Origin: an uncultured Acidimicrobiia bacterium
GTDB taxonomy: Bacteria; Acidobacteriota; Vicinamibacteria; Vicinamibacterales; UBA2999
NCBI GenBank assembly: GCA_963795125.1
Contig: CAWCGQ010000001.1
Coordinates: 1,175,024-1,239,023 of the forward strand
Reading direction: 5' to 3'
Length of the DNA: 64,000 nt
Both the position numbers and the translations under genes were made by a program. Under the pieces are notes generated by a model. The model was not told the origin of the DNA. It did no database searches and saw only the letters and a program-made list of their open reading frames with translations. Within the stretch, counting starts at the first letter, position 1, and every line of letters starts with the position of its first letter. Of the stretch, positions 63,664 to 64,000 are shown piece by piece.

Positions 63664-64000
63664 TTCTCCTTGGTTTCGTGGAGGAACGCGAGCACCAGCT
63701 CCAGCATGCTCTGATTGATGCGGCTGCCTTCGTAGATTCCGAACTTCTTCTGGAACGCCTCGATCGGCACGGCCGCCTTCGCCATCGTGCGATGGCCGCC
63801 GGCGCTGCCGATGTCGCTGAACCAGCGGCGCACGAAATCGCCGGCATTGCGCGAGTAGCCGAGGTTCCTGACCGACACCACGAACTGATCGTTGACCACG
63901 CCGCTGATCACGGTCCACTGCACGTTCTCGAGCTGCAGGTAGAAATCGGCGACGTAGGGGATGAAATCCTCGCGCGGCGGCTCGCCGAGGAACGCGCAGA
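63660..64000 (-). CDS. DHH/DHHA1-family phosphoesterase-like protein (C-terminal part; N-terminus beyond window end)
   Basis: ..FSDIGSAGGHRTMAKAAVP.. resembles the DHHA1 GGGH motif. The reading frame stays open and protein-like to position 64000. Confidence 0.45.
   Translation of the reverse strand, partial: CAFLGEPPREDFIPYVADFYLQLENVQWTVISGVVNDQFVVSVRNLGYSRNAGDFVRRWFSDIGSAGGHRTMAKAAVPIEAFQKKFGIYEGSRINQSMLELVLAFLHETKEK

Overview
The window is high-GC (roughly mid-60s %) bacterial chromosome. Gene content (type-B sdhCA, split glyQ/glyS, PPDK, TPR Ser/Thr kinase, PQQ dehydrogenases, GlgE pathway) suggests Acidobacteriota- or Gemmatimonadota-like; that placement is inference only. Most of it is densely packed housekeeping: sdhCA, sucCD, pheA, ndk, dcd, hisS, aspS, the phoH-ybeY-corC-era cluster, mgtE, recO, glyQS, ppdK, corA, mutL, rarA, greA and asnB. 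No rRNA, tRNA, CRISPR array, transposase or recognisable defence system was seen.

The main non-housekeeping block is a ~16 kb minus-strand operon, glgX-glgE-glgB-treS-[GT-like]-[TM protein]-mak-treZ-treY (35860-51991). It fuses the GlgE alpha-glucan pathway with both trehalose routes and carries two uncharacterised genes in its middle. A near-consensus sigma54 -24/-12 element sits directly upstream, next to a divergent GAF-domain sigma54 enhancer-binding protein. This is the best candidate for an undescribed regulatory or functional module.

Other points of note:
- An intrinsic terminator with a possible leader-peptide attenuator lies in the pheA 5' leader.
- Short tandem or palindromic repeats sit exactly at gene junctions, and one motif recurs 60 kb apart.
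- A ~550 bp lower-GC island is bounded by 31-bp inverted repeats, each made of three 11-bp-phased units.
- A patatin-like protein lacks the GxSxG serine.
- At least 9 single-nucleotide frameshifts interrupt conserved genes, including era, mostly at short homopolymer runs. These are most simply assembly indel errors.
- Many long Arg/Ala/Pro-rich ORFs in the six-frame track are GC-driven shadow ORFs and were not called.
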